Shown here one piece after another: positions 1-8,458 of a stretch of 64,000 nucleotides of DNA (position 1 is its first letter; every line of letters begins with the position of its first letter). The stretch comes from an uncultured Eubacteriales bacterium (GTDB taxonomy: Bacteria > Bacillota > Clostridia > Christensenellales > UBA1242). The DNA is taken from the NCBI GenBank assembly GCA_949031345.1, contig CARNVA010000010.1, positions 258 through 64,257 of the forward strand, given 5' to 3'. A program made the position numbers and the translations under genes. Under the pieces are notes generated by a model, which did not search any database, was not told the origin of the DNA, and saw only the letters and a program-made list of their open reading frames with translations.

Positions 1-483
1 CTCACCTTCAAAAAGAGAACACACAACAAAGCTTACAGCTTTTGTCAAATAACCAATGCCTCCCAGGGTCAACAATATAACGCTTGCAATTTGCATTCTT
101 TCACCGGATTTTACCATTCCCTTAAACTCATCGCCAGCTTTCGACCAGAATAAATCCATATAAAAATTTTCTTTACTATCATCTATTTCGGCTTGATACC
201 CTTTTTTAAGAAATTGATAATCCATAATTGACAATTCGTCATTATCAAAAGAAACTTCAAGCTCTTCAAGTTTATTTTCTATTTGTTTAAGCCTTTCATC
301 TTCATCTGCACGAGCCTCTATATAGGTAGTCGTATTTTGAAAGCCTTCATCTGCACTTTCGATTTTATCACCACCAACAAAAAGTAAAGGAAGCCCAGCA
401 CCTGTAAAAATAGTCCCACAGCAAAGACCTAAAGTAAGACCTGACATTTTTAAAATACCAAGTAATTTTCTACCAAATGACAT
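1..483 (-). CDS. hypothetical two-pass membrane protein, N-terminal 161 codons (3' end lies beyond the left edge)
   Basis: The minus-strand frame is open from the ATG at 481-483 (AGGAG just upstream) to position 1. It reads MSFGRKLLGILKMSGLTLGLCCGTIFTGAGLPLLFVGG, then an acidic helical stretch, then a second hydrophobic segment at the window edge. Confidence 0.55.
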   Translation of the reverse strand, partial: MSFGRKLLGILKMSGLTLGLCCGTIFTGAGLPLLFVGGDKIESADEGFQNTTTYIEARADEDERLKQIENKLEELEVSFDNDELSIMDYQFLKKGYQAEIDDSKENFYMDLFWSKAGDEFKGMVKSGERMQIASVILLTLGGIGYLTKAVSFVVCSLFEGE

Positions 484-704
484 TTTAATCTCCTACTAAA
501 ATTATATAACAAAAATTGCACAAAGTCAATATTCATCTTCTTTTTAAATTGAATATCTGCAAAAAGATATTTATTTAAGCTTAATTCAAAATTATCTGAG
601 CAATTTTTTTCAAATACAACTAAGTATCAGTTAATAAAAAAATATAAAAATTAAAAAACTAAGTGAAATTTAAAATAACAGCTGAACAAATAAACTATGC
701 AAAA

Positions 705-727
705 CTAAAAAAAGCGGTTTATCCGCC
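705..727 (-). terminator. rho-independent terminator downstream of the 766..1156 locus
   Basis: Minus strand reads GCGG-AUAAA-CCGC followed by a U7 run. Confidence 0.5.
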
Positions 728-765
728 TTTTAATCTCTGTAATATTCATCTATATTTTTAAGGTT

Positions 766-1156
766 TTACTCTCCTTCTTTTTCTAAGAAAGGCTCAAACT
801 TCTTTTCCTCTTCAAGTCTTTCCGTTTCTTCTTGTTCTGCTTTCCTTTTTGCAATAGTTTTCGCGCTTGGCGCAAAATCATAAGCAATTATATCTTCCAT
901 TTTTTCTACTATTTCACTTCCAAAAACATCATAAGGCTTACCCATTGTTAAAGATCCATACGCAAAAGAAAAACCTTTTATAAACAAGGCAACTGTACCT
1001 ACGCCAGAAAGTATACACCCAGCGCCTTCAATTCTGCCCTGACTTTAAAATCCCCTTACTCTCATCTGTGGCATACCAATTATATTACAAATCGTACCTC
1101 CAACACAATGCATGCGTCAATCCAGCCATCTTCAAAATTCCTAAAATTTTTGACAT
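766..1156 (-). pseudogene. disrupted paralogue of the 1..483 membrane-protein gene
   Basis: An ATG at 1154-1156 with GGAGG upstream gives MSKILGILKMAGLTHALC, compared with MSFGRKLLGILKMSGLTLGLC in the neighbour. The frame then breaks (+1 shift near codon 18) and there is an in-frame TAA. Only the last 73 codons (766..987, TTG start in the ORF track) remain open. Confidence 0.45.
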
Positions 1157-1278
1157 AACAACCTCCATTTTTTCAAATCAAATTCAGTCTGCCAGCTTCT
1201 AAAATAAAATATCAAACATTATTTATCTATAAATTTTATCATAAGCAATAAAATTGTCAATATACAAGGTTAAAAACG

Positions 1279-1725
1279 CTATATGAATTGTGAATCCATC
1301 ATAATCGTAACAGGGCCATCATTCAAAGCTTCTATCTTCATATCTGCACCAAATACACCCATTTTGACAATTATGTTTTCATTTTTAAGCAGTTTTTCCA
1401 TTTCTAAATAAAACTCATTTGCTCGCTCAGGCACTTCTGCATCAAAAAAACTTGGCCTGTTTCCATGACTGCAATCGGCAAAGAGGGTAAACTGACTTAC
1501 AAGCAAAATCTGCCCGCCAATATCTTTAATGGACAAATTCATTTTTCCATTTACATCTTCAAAAATTCTTAAATTTGAAAGCTTCTTTGCCATTTTCTCT
1601 AAACTTGACTTTTCATCGCCTTTTCCCACGCCAAAAAATATAACCATTCCTTTTTCAATCTCAGAAATAAGTTTTCCTTCAACCTTTAAATTGGCTTTCA
1701 AAACTCTCTGCACAACTGCTTTCAT
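1279..1725 (-). CDS. dtd: D-aminoacyl-tRNA deacylase
   Basis: 148 aa reading MKAVVQRV...GMVIFFGVGKGD...LLVSQFTLFAD...NDGPVTIMMDS, which are the classic Dtd motifs (SQFTL, NDGPVT). Confidence 0.93.
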   Translation of the reverse strand: MKAVVQRVLKANLKVEGKLISEIEKGMVIFFGVGKGDEKSSLEKMAKKLSNLRIFEDVNGKMNLSIKDIGGQILLVSQFTLFADCSHGNRPSFFDAEVPERANEFYLEMEKLLKNENIIVKMGVFGADMKIEALNDGPVTIMMDSQFI

Positions 1726-1930
1726 AATTTCTCCTTTGTATTATTATAACATAAATTCAAAAAGCCTCATATATTTTTTTATTATTTCGAAAATAAAAAA
1801 GCTGAAAAACAAGCTTTTTTGATTTTAATTAACCTTATAAAAATCAAATAAACTTAGAAATAATCAAATCTTTCACAAATTAAAACCAAATTAAATTATT
1901 TTATGCAAAGATTCATTTAATAGTATCAAA

Positions 1931-2002
1931 TGCGGCCTATGCTTAGATAAGCGAGCCTCAGCGTGCCGTCAGCGGTGGCGCGCTGGTGCGAGCGAAGCGC
2001 CA
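1931..2002. repeat. GC-rich structured repeat, copy 1 (candidate small RNA or RNA relic)
   Basis: The 52-nt core at 1948-1999 matches 5267-5318 at 47/52 positions. It is a sharp GC island inside a 395-bp AT-rich spacer and can form a CGUGCC/GGCGCG stem. Confidence 0.5.
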
Positions 2003-2121
2003 TTGTTATAATCATTTTATTTTTAAATATTCATGCTTTTAAAATTAAAATATATCTAAACACAAAAAAAGGCCCTTAAAGCCCTTTTTTATTTTTTATT
2101 ATGATTTAAAATCAAACTTTC

Positions 2122-4401
2122 TTAATAAATATTGTTTATATCATCTTTCACTACAGTATAAACTCCGCCTTCTTCAGTCACTTTATATCCATCAGCAACA
2201 AAGTTTACTTTAGGATTTTCAGCCAAGTTGTCAGCAGGATTAAAGTTGTTAGCGAATGTTCCACCATAAACAACAATCCTTGCGCTTCCATTTTGACCGT
2301 TTCTATCAAGCAAATTCAAAGTATATCTGCTATCGCTCATGCCTGTTGCAGGTGTTGCATCAAAGTATCCTCCTCTGATTTCTGCTTCACCTTTAATTAC
2401 ATAAACTGCACTTGCTGCCCCTTTAATAGTCCCGCTTTCAATCAAAAGCTTAGCCCCATCAGTAAGTGTAAAACCATAAACATCACCAGCAATTCCGTCA
2501 ACAATTCCATTTCCAGTAATTGTAAGGTCTGCGCCTTCCCTTAAAATGAAAACTGACATTACATTTTCAAACATTGAAACATCTTCGCCAGCAAAAGCAT
2601 TTATTTTATGGCCATTTAAATCAAGAACAACCTTGCGTGCCACATTAAGACCACCGCCGACTACATTTTCAGAAATCGTAATATCTCTTGTAAGCATAAG
2701 CACTCCATCTTTTCCGCTTGCTGAAAGTGCAGTTTGAAGGTCACTCAAATTGTCAATATCTCTGGCAACGCTTGATTTTATTTCAGCTGAAGCTAAGCCC
2801 TTGCCTAAAATATAGACATTATAATTCCAAGTTGCATTTCTGTATTGGTCTTTTACTGAACCAAGACTTGTTGTATAATTTGAAAGATACAGTGAAAAAG
2901 GATATCCGTCTGCATTTTCAACCACTGTAAGCCCATAACTATTTACATTACCGTTGAGCGTTTTCTTAGTTAAAACAACATCATCTTTTTGTGCCCCTTC
3001 ATAACTGAAGCCCAAAGCGTCTGTTGCAGATTTTAAAGTCACTTCATAAACGCCATCATTTTGTTTAATTTCGTTCTTTGTGTTCTCGTTTAAAAACTCA
3101 ACCTTAGCAAAATCAATTGTTTCGCTGTTTGCGTCCATGTTTAAAGCAAACTCCCTGCCATTGACCTTTAAAGAATTATTGACTGCCCCTTCAAATGCAA
3201 GAATTGGAGCTGCAACCATAAGTTTTCCTTTTTCAAACTTGAAAACAACATCTCGAATTTGATTGCTGTTTCCAATTGAAAGAGACGCTGTTTGGTCTTT
3301 TGCAAAAGAAACCCCTCCTATTTCAATAGATTCAACATCTTCAAAGTTTGAAAGACTTCCGACTTCTACATAATAATTGCCAATCGCCTTATCTTGACCG
3401 AGCTTTGCGTTAAGCTCATCCACCGTATATTTGACATCTGTACCAAGAGCTGTATTATTATAAGCATTTGCGACCACACTTTGAACGGCAGCGTCAGCAT
3501 CCATTTGAGTATTGGCATTTGCTTCATATTTTTGTTTTGAAACTTCAACATTAAACTTAGCTGTTGCTACGCCCTTTCCTCTCACATAAGCTTCATAATC
3601 CCATTTTGCATTATTAAACTTGTCATTGACATCATTGATATCAGAGGTATAGTTTGAGACATACAAAGCAAGCGGATTGCCGTCAACTGCTTCAGTTTTA
3701 GTAAGTCCATAACCATTAAGCGCGCCATTTATATGCTTTCTTGTAAGCACAACATCATCAGCAGTCGCGCCTTCATAATAGAAACCAAGAGCCTCAGTCG
3801 CTGACTTAAGATTAACATTATAAACACCCTCAGCGTCTTTCTCTGAAACTGTATTCTTTGAATTTTCAGAATAGAAAGACACATTTGAAAAGTCAAATTC
3901 ATCACTTTCAGAAGCAATTCCAAGCGAGAAAACCTTGTCATTGATTTTAATGTTTGATTGCCCCACAGTTTCAAAAGCAAGCACTGGTGCGGCAACTTTC
4001 AATGCCCCGTCGTTATAACAATATACCACATCGTCAACAAAATTGCTGTTTCCGATTGAAACTTTTACAGTATCATCTTTTGAATATTCTACTCCACCAA
4101 GATCTATGCTTGATACCTCTTTGCAATTTGAAAGAGTGCCGACAGTGACATAGTAATTCACCTCTTTTTGAATATGCTCACCAAGCTCAGCAACAGTGAA
4201 AATCTGTTGAGAGTTTGATTGATTTGGCAAATTGTAAGCATCGTGAATTATGTCGTCAATCACATGCTCGACATTTGCTTTCAAATCAGATGAAGCGTTA
4301 AACTTCATTTCCTTATCGCCACAAGAAGTAAGCATGACCGCACCAGCAGATAACGCAAGCACTACTGGAACAGCAAGCAAAACTTTTTTCATTCTTTTCA
4401 T
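2122..4401 (-). CDS. surface lipoprotein with an internal ~258-aa tandem duplication and a C-terminal beta-helix-like domain
   Basis: Signal peptide plus lipobox (MKRMKKVLLAVPVVLALSAGAVMLTSC). Residues ~50-305 and ~308-560 align throughout (e.g. NYYVTVGTLSNCKEVSSIDLGGV vs NYYVEVGSLSNFEDVESIEIGGV). The tail has Gly/Asn-rich turns typical of a parallel beta-helix (GNGIVDG..., IKGAASAVYV...). Confidence 0.8.
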   Translation of the reverse strand: MKRMKKVLLAVPVVLALSAGAVMLTSCGDKEMKFNASSDLKANVEHVIDDIIHDAYNLPNQSNSQQIFTVAELGEHIQKEVNYYVTVGTLSNCKEVSSIDLGGVEYSKDDTVKVSIGNSNFVDDVVYCYNDGALKVAAPVLAFETVGQSNIKINDKVFSLGIASESDEFDFSNVSFYSENSKNTVSEKDAEGVYNVNLKSATEALGFYYEGATADDVVLTRKHINGALNGYGLTKTEAVDGNPLALYVSNYTSDINDVNDKFNNAKWDYEAYVRGKGVATAKFNVEVSKQKYEANANTQMDADAAVQSVVANAYNNTALGTDVKYTVDELNAKLGQDKAIGNYYVEVGSLSNFEDVESIEIGGVSFAKDQTASLSIGNSNQIRDVVFKFEKGKLMVAAPILAFEGAVNNSLKVNGREFALNMDANSETIDFAKVEFLNENTKNEIKQNDGVYEVTLKSATDALGFSYEGAQKDDVVLTKKTLNGNVNSYGLTVVENADGYPFSLYLSNYTTSLGSVKDQYRNATWNYNVYILGKGLASAEIKSSVARDIDNLSDLQTALSASGKDGVLMLTRDITISENVVGGGLNVARKVVLDLNGHKINAFAGEDVSMFENVMSVFILREGADLTITGNGIVDGIAGDVYGFTLTDGAKLLIESGTIKGAASAVYVIKGEAEIRGGYFDATPATGMSDSRYTLNLLDRNGQNGSARIVVYGGTFANNFNPADNLAENPKVNFVADGYKVTEEGGVYTVVKDDINNIY

Positions 4402-4594
4402 AAATAATTCCCCCTTTTTGTAGTATTTGTCGGTTATCTCAATTTTATTTAAACAAATTAAAAATTTTTATAATTTGACAAAAATTTTTCAAAAAACATT
4501 AAAATAATACAAAATATTTCATTTTTCTTACCTTTTAAGTATACATCAAATGAAAGTTTTAACAAACTAAATATGAAAGATTAAAAAATAATAA

Positions 4595-4620
4595 ATAAAA
4601 AAGGCAGAATAATATCTGCC
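4595..4620 (-). terminator. rho-independent terminator after the SHOCT gene
   Basis: Minus strand reads GGCAGA-UAUUAU-UCUGCC followed by a U-run. Confidence 0.6.
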
Positions 4621-4654
4621 ATTTCATTTAATAAAATTAAAGTAAACATAAAAA

Positions 4655-4963
4655 TTATTTATTTAAATATTCTTTAATTACAACCACCTTAAGCTGAGAA
4701 TATTCTTCTTCAGTTATCAGCCCAGATTTTTTCATATCATTAAGCTTTTTAATCTTAACCTCAAAATCAAAATTTAAAGTATTTTCATTTGCAACAGCAC
4801 TAGATTTGTTTTCAGTCTTTACCTTATCAACCTTCGCAGTTGACTGCTTTTGTGTTTTTTCTGGCTCTGCAACCTCAGCACTCTTGTTTACAACCACGGC
4901 TGCTTTATCACCTTTTACAATACCAATAATAGCAAGAACATTTTTTGCGATAAGTGCAACCAT
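4655..4963 (-). CDS. small membrane-anchored SHOCT-domain protein
   Basis: 102 aa with a hydrophobic N-terminus (MVALIAKNVLAIIGIV). The C-terminus KIKKLNDMKKSGLITEEEYSQLKVVVIKEYL fits the SHOCT short C-terminal motif. There is no SD upstream. Confidence 0.65.
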   Translation of the reverse strand: MVALIAKNVLAIIGIVKGDKAAVVVNKSAEVAEPEKTQKQSTAKVDKVKTENKSSAVANENTLNFDFEVKIKKLNDMKKSGLITEEEYSQLKVVVIKEYLNK

Positions 4964-4970
4964 TACGAAT

Positions 4971-5000
4971 ATTTTAATTATCCCCCCCGAAAAATGTCAA
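4971..5000 (-). promoter_or_regulatory. sigma-70-type promoter with a G7 tract in the spacer; the -10 box lies 7 nt from the ATG
   Basis: Minus strand reads TTGACA (4995-5000), an 18-nt spacer TTTTTCGGGGGGGATAAT, TAAAAT (4971-4976), then ATTCGTA and the ATG. The 21-nt core GCTTGACATTTTTCGGGGGGG recurs at 29745-29767. Confidence 0.45.
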
Positions 5001-5257
5001 GCATTTTAGATTAAAAAATGAGTTTTGTAAAAAAATTAAATTATGTTTTTTTAAAAAACAAAATCTATACAAAATTCAAATTTTTAAAAAAATTAAAATT
5101 CTTGCATTCTTCAAACTCTTTCATACTTAAAGCTTTACAAAGTAATTTTCACTTTATTTCAAAAGGATATTAAAAACATACAAAACATTATTTAAATTCT
5201 TCCATATTTTTAATATTCAAACATCAAATTGAAGTTTGACGGAAACAGAAAAACTAA

Positions 5258-5335
5258 GGCTATGAATAAGCGAGCGTCCGCGTGCCGTCAACGGTGGCAC
5301 GCCGGTGCGAGCGAAGCGAGAACGCAATTCGCTTA
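5258..5335. repeat. GC-rich structured repeat, copy 2
   Basis: The core at 5267-5318 matches 1948-1999 at 47/52 positions. This copy is closed by TAAGCGA...TCGCTTA inverted ends and sits inside a 527-bp AT-rich spacer. Confidence 0.5.
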
Positions 5336-5491
5336 AATTCACAACAATATCAATCACTAAAAAATTATCGCAACATCAAATTCTAAATGTACATTATATA
5401 ACGAATGTTATATTACACCATATATAACGAAATCAAATCGCCACCTCAGACAACAAAAAAGTACCACAAATTTTATGGTACCTTTTTATTA

Positions 5492-6094
5492 TTAAATATT
5501 ATTTTCCTCTTCATTTTCTTGGTTTATTACATCTGCTTGTTTAGCCCCTTCTGTTTGAGATTGTTGCTCCGTTGTTTTTACTGGGGCTGATGTATTTTTA
5601 TCCTCCAATTGATTAGCAACAGTTGTTTGAACAGGTTTTGCAAGTTTTGCAAAAACTTTATCAAGAGCAGTCCTATAAACATCATCTCTCAAAATTTCAA
5701 CTGATCCCTTATCAATCATCTTAAATGTATAAAATAAGACTTCTCTATTTGCTTCAAGCATTCCCATTCTAGGCCAACGCTCGCTCGCTTGTTTATATAA
5801 CCCACCGCCTGTGCTCATAGACGAAATGAATGCAGCATCAAGAATTTCATTTCCCTTATTTTCTAATAGAGTCTCTTTGATTATTTCTTTCAAAAGTTGA
5901 ACTCTTCTTTTTTCTCCACCAAGTTTTTCATACTGTTCTTTTTTTAGTTGATATTCTTCATTCTGTTTCTTTTTATTTTTCGCTAATTCTGACAACTCTA
6001 ATTTTAAACGAAACATTTCACTATATTCTTTATTTGTCCATATTTTCATTCTTAACGCATCTAAAAGAAACTTCTCAACGGTCACAATTTTCAT
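5492..6094 (-). CDS. hypothetical protein (coiled-coil N-terminal half, acidic/Gln-rich tail)
   Basis: 200-aa ORF with GGAG upstream of the start. No family was recognised by eye. Confidence 0.6.
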   Translation of the reverse strand: MKIVTVEKFLLDALRMKIWTNKEYSEMFRLKLELSELAKNKKKQNEEYQLKKEQYEKLGGEKRRVQLLKEIIKETLLENKGNEILDAAFISSMSTGGGLYKQASERWPRMGMLEANREVLFYTFKMIDKGSVEILRDDVYRTALDKVFAKLAKPVQTTVANQLEDKNTSAPVKTTEQQSQTEGAKQADVINQENEEENNI

Positions 6095-6271
6095 AATTTA
6101 TTATCTCCTTAATTCTATTATAACTATGAGGTGGCAAATTGTTAAGAAGTTTTAAAAAAACTACTCATGTAACTTTAACTATAATACATAATAGGAACAT
6201 CAAGAAATAGAAAATTTAAAATTTTTATTAAGTTTTTTATACAAAATCACCTGATTCTTAACAATTTATAA

Positions 6272-6306
6272 CAAAAAATCATCCTACTAAGAAGATGATT
6301 TTTTAT
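6272..6306 (-). terminator. terminator closing the ribosomal/alpha operon
   Basis: Minus strand reads AAAAAUCAUC-UUCUUAGUAG-GAUGAUUUUUU, immediately after the rplQ stop. Confidence 0.6.
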
Positions 6307-6319
6307 TATTTTTATAAAA

Positions 6320-6829
6320 TTATATCAATTCAACAATTGCCATTTCAGCGCTGTCGCCTCTGCGTGCACCAAGTCTAACAATTCTGGTGTATCCACCGCC
6401 TTGTCCAACTTCTTTGATGCGTGCAGCATATTTTGGAGCATAGAGGTTGAAAATCTTTTCAAGAAGTGGATGTTTAATATCCTCTGTTCTTGCTTCAAAA
6501 GCTTCGATTGATTCTTTTGGTTTTCTTTGCTCTTGTCTATCCATAAGATAAGCCATAAGCGCTCTTCTAGCTGCAAGTTTCTTAGGTCCATCGTTTGAAA
6601 CGGTTGTTTTTACCTTAATACCTTTTGCGTCTTTGATTTCTTTTTCAACTTTTACGATATCTTCATAAGAGTTGATAGCAAGGGTCAAAAGTTTTTCTGC
6701 CTGACTTCTTACAGACTTTGCACGAGCAACAGTTGTCTCAACTTTTCCGTACCAAAGAAGGTCAGATACAAGTCCTCTGAGCATTGCGTCTTTTTCCTTG
6801 CTTGGTCTACCGAGTTTTGCATTAGCCAT
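6320..6829 (-). CDS. rplQ: 50S ribosomal protein L17 (long form, 169 aa)
   Basis: MANAKLGRPSKEKDAMLRGL...GGYTRIVRLGARRGDSAEMAIVELI, located after rpoA. It carries an internal insert of about 50 aa relative to the ~120-aa Bacillus form. Confidence 0.95.
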   Translation of the reverse strand: MANAKLGRPSKEKDAMLRGLVSDLLWYGKVETTVARAKSVRSQAEKLLTLAINSYEDIVKVEKEIKDAKGIKVKTTVSNDGPKKLAARRALMAYLMDRQEQRKPKESIEAFEARTEDIKHPLLEKIFNLYAPKYAARIKEVGQGGGYTRIVRLGARRGDSAEMAIVELI

Positions 6830-6850
6830 TATATTTCTCCTTTATAAAGT

Positions 6851-7801
6851 TTAGTCTTCGTCCTTACGAAGAGAAAGTCCATAACTTTCAAGTTTTGCAA
6901 TAACCTCATCAATAGATTTAATGCCAAGGTTTTTCACTTTAAGCATGTCACCTCTTGATTTTTTAGTGAGGTCTTCAACATTGTTTATTCCTGCTCTCTT
7001 TAAGCAGTTGTATGAACGAACAGAAAGATCCATTTCTTCGATAGGAAGCTCCATAAGTTTAACTTGTTTGTCTTCTTCTCTAGAAACTAAAATATCAGAA
7101 TTTGCGATTTGAGCACAAAGCTCTACAAACAGATTGATATGTTCCATTACAATCTTACCTGCAAGAGAAACAATTTCTCTAGCTGGAGTTGTTCCATTGG
7201 TTTCAACTTCCAAAGTAAGTTTATCAAAGTTTACGCTTTGACCAACACGAGTGCTTTCAACATTGAAATTCACTCTTTTTACAGGTGAGAAAAGTGAGTC
7301 CATTGCAATATAGTCAACATTGTCAAACTTTTCTTTGTTTTCATTGTTTGGCACATAACCTCTGCCATTTCCAATCATGATGTCCATATCAAGAACGGCA
7401 CCATCATCTATTGTGCAAATGTGCAAATCTGGGTTTAAGATTTCAACATCTGAGTTTGATTCAAAATCTCTTGCGGTTACCTCTCCTGCTGCTGTCTTTC
7501 TAAGATGAAGGTATGTGATAAAATCACGGCTTTGGTCTTTGCATTTTACAGCGAGTGTTTTGAGGTTAAGTATAATATCAACAACATCTTCGGTCACGCC
7601 TCTGATGGTGGAAAACTCATGACTTACGCCAGCAATGCGGATTGCGATTGGGGCTGAGCCAGGAAGTGCAGAGAGAAGTGTTCTTCTCATAGCATTTCCA
7701 AGAGTTATGCCATAGCCTTTTTCAAGTGGTTCAACAACAAATCTTGCAAAAGCACCATTGTCAGTTTCTTCACAAGTAATTCTTGGTCTTTCCATTTCCA
7801 T
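6851..7801 (-). CDS. rpoA: DNA-directed RNA polymerase subunit alpha
   Basis: 316 aa. N-terminal domain GITLGNAMRRTLLSALPG and C-terminal domain DLSVRSYNCLKRAGINNVEDL. Confidence 0.97.
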   Translation of the reverse strand: MEMERPRITCEETDNGAFARFVVEPLEKGYGITLGNAMRRTLLSALPGSAPIAIRIAGVSHEFSTIRGVTEDVVDIILNLKTLAVKCKDQSRDFITYLHLRKTAAGEVTARDFESNSDVEILNPDLHICTIDDGAVLDMDIMIGNGRGYVPNNENKEKFDNVDYIAMDSLFSPVKRVNFNVESTRVGQSVNFDKLTLEVETNGTTPAREIVSLAGKIVMEHINLFVELCAQIANSDILVSREEDKQVKLMELPIEEMDLSVRSYNCLKRAGINNVEDLTKKSRGDMLKVKNLGIKSIDEVIAKLESYGLSLRKDED

Positions 7802-7819
7802 ATAAATATACCTCCCTTA

Positions 7820-8446
7820 TTATCTCGAGTATAATTCGACAATAAGTTGTTCTTTGATGTCAGCATCAACATCTGCTCGCTCAGGAAGTGCTACGATTTT
7901 CCCAGCGAAAGTGTTTGTATCAAATTCCACCCACTTAGGCATAACAACTTTGCTGCCTCTAAGGGATTTAAACATTTCGTTGCCTTGCTTATTTTCTTTA
8001 ATAGCAACAGTGTCGCCAGCTTTTACTTGATAAGAAGCAATGTTGACTCTTCTGCCATTGACAGTAATAAGACCGTGGTTTACGATTTGGCGAGCTTGCT
8101 TACGGCTTGCACCAATACCCATTCTGTAAACAACATTGTCAAGGCGTCTTTCAATTAAAGAAAGCATGTTTTCACCTGTAACACCTTGCATTTTGTTTGC
8201 TTTTTCATAGTATTCTCTGAATTGTTTTTCAAGAACACCATACATTCTTTTTACTTTTTGTTTTTCTCTAAGCTGAGTGCCATATTCTGAGAAAGCCACT
8301 CTTCTCTTAGAATTGCCATGTTGTCCAGGAATAACTGGGCGTCTCTCCATAGCACATTTTTTTGTTGTACATCGCTCGCCTTTAAGGAAGAGTTTGCAAC
8401 CTTCTCTTCTGCATTGACGGCAATCTGGTTCAATAGTTCTTGCCAT
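7820..8446 (-). CDS. rpsD: 30S ribosomal protein S4
   Basis: MARTIEPDCRQCRREGCKLFLKGERC plus the S4 domain RLDNVVYRMGIGASRKQARQIV. Confidence 0.97.
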   Translation of the reverse strand: MARTIEPDCRQCRREGCKLFLKGERCTTKKCAMERRPVIPGQHGNSKRRVAFSEYGTQLREKQKVKRMYGVLEKQFREYYEKANKMQGVTGENMLSLIERRLDNVVYRMGIGASRKQARQIVNHGLITVNGRRVNIASYQVKAGDTVAIKENKQGNEMFKSLRGSKVVMPKWVEFDTNTFAGKIVALPERADVDADIKEQLIVELYSR

Positions 8447-8458
8447 GTCTTTCTCCTT

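Noticed and set aside
1931-2002. Whether the GC-rich repeat is a bona fide 5S rRNA gene.
   Set aside because: It is only about 70-80 nt long and lacks the helix II/III and loop C segment. No 16S or 23S gene is nearby. At most it is a 5S-like relic, so it is kept as a hypothesis under findings rather than annotated as rRNA.
2060-2095. A possible terminator, AAAAAAAGGCCCTTAAAGCCCTTTTTT, after the 759-aa lipoprotein gene.
   Set aside because: Despite the flanking A and T runs, the central segment pairs for only about 3 bp (GGC/GCC). This is too weak to call.
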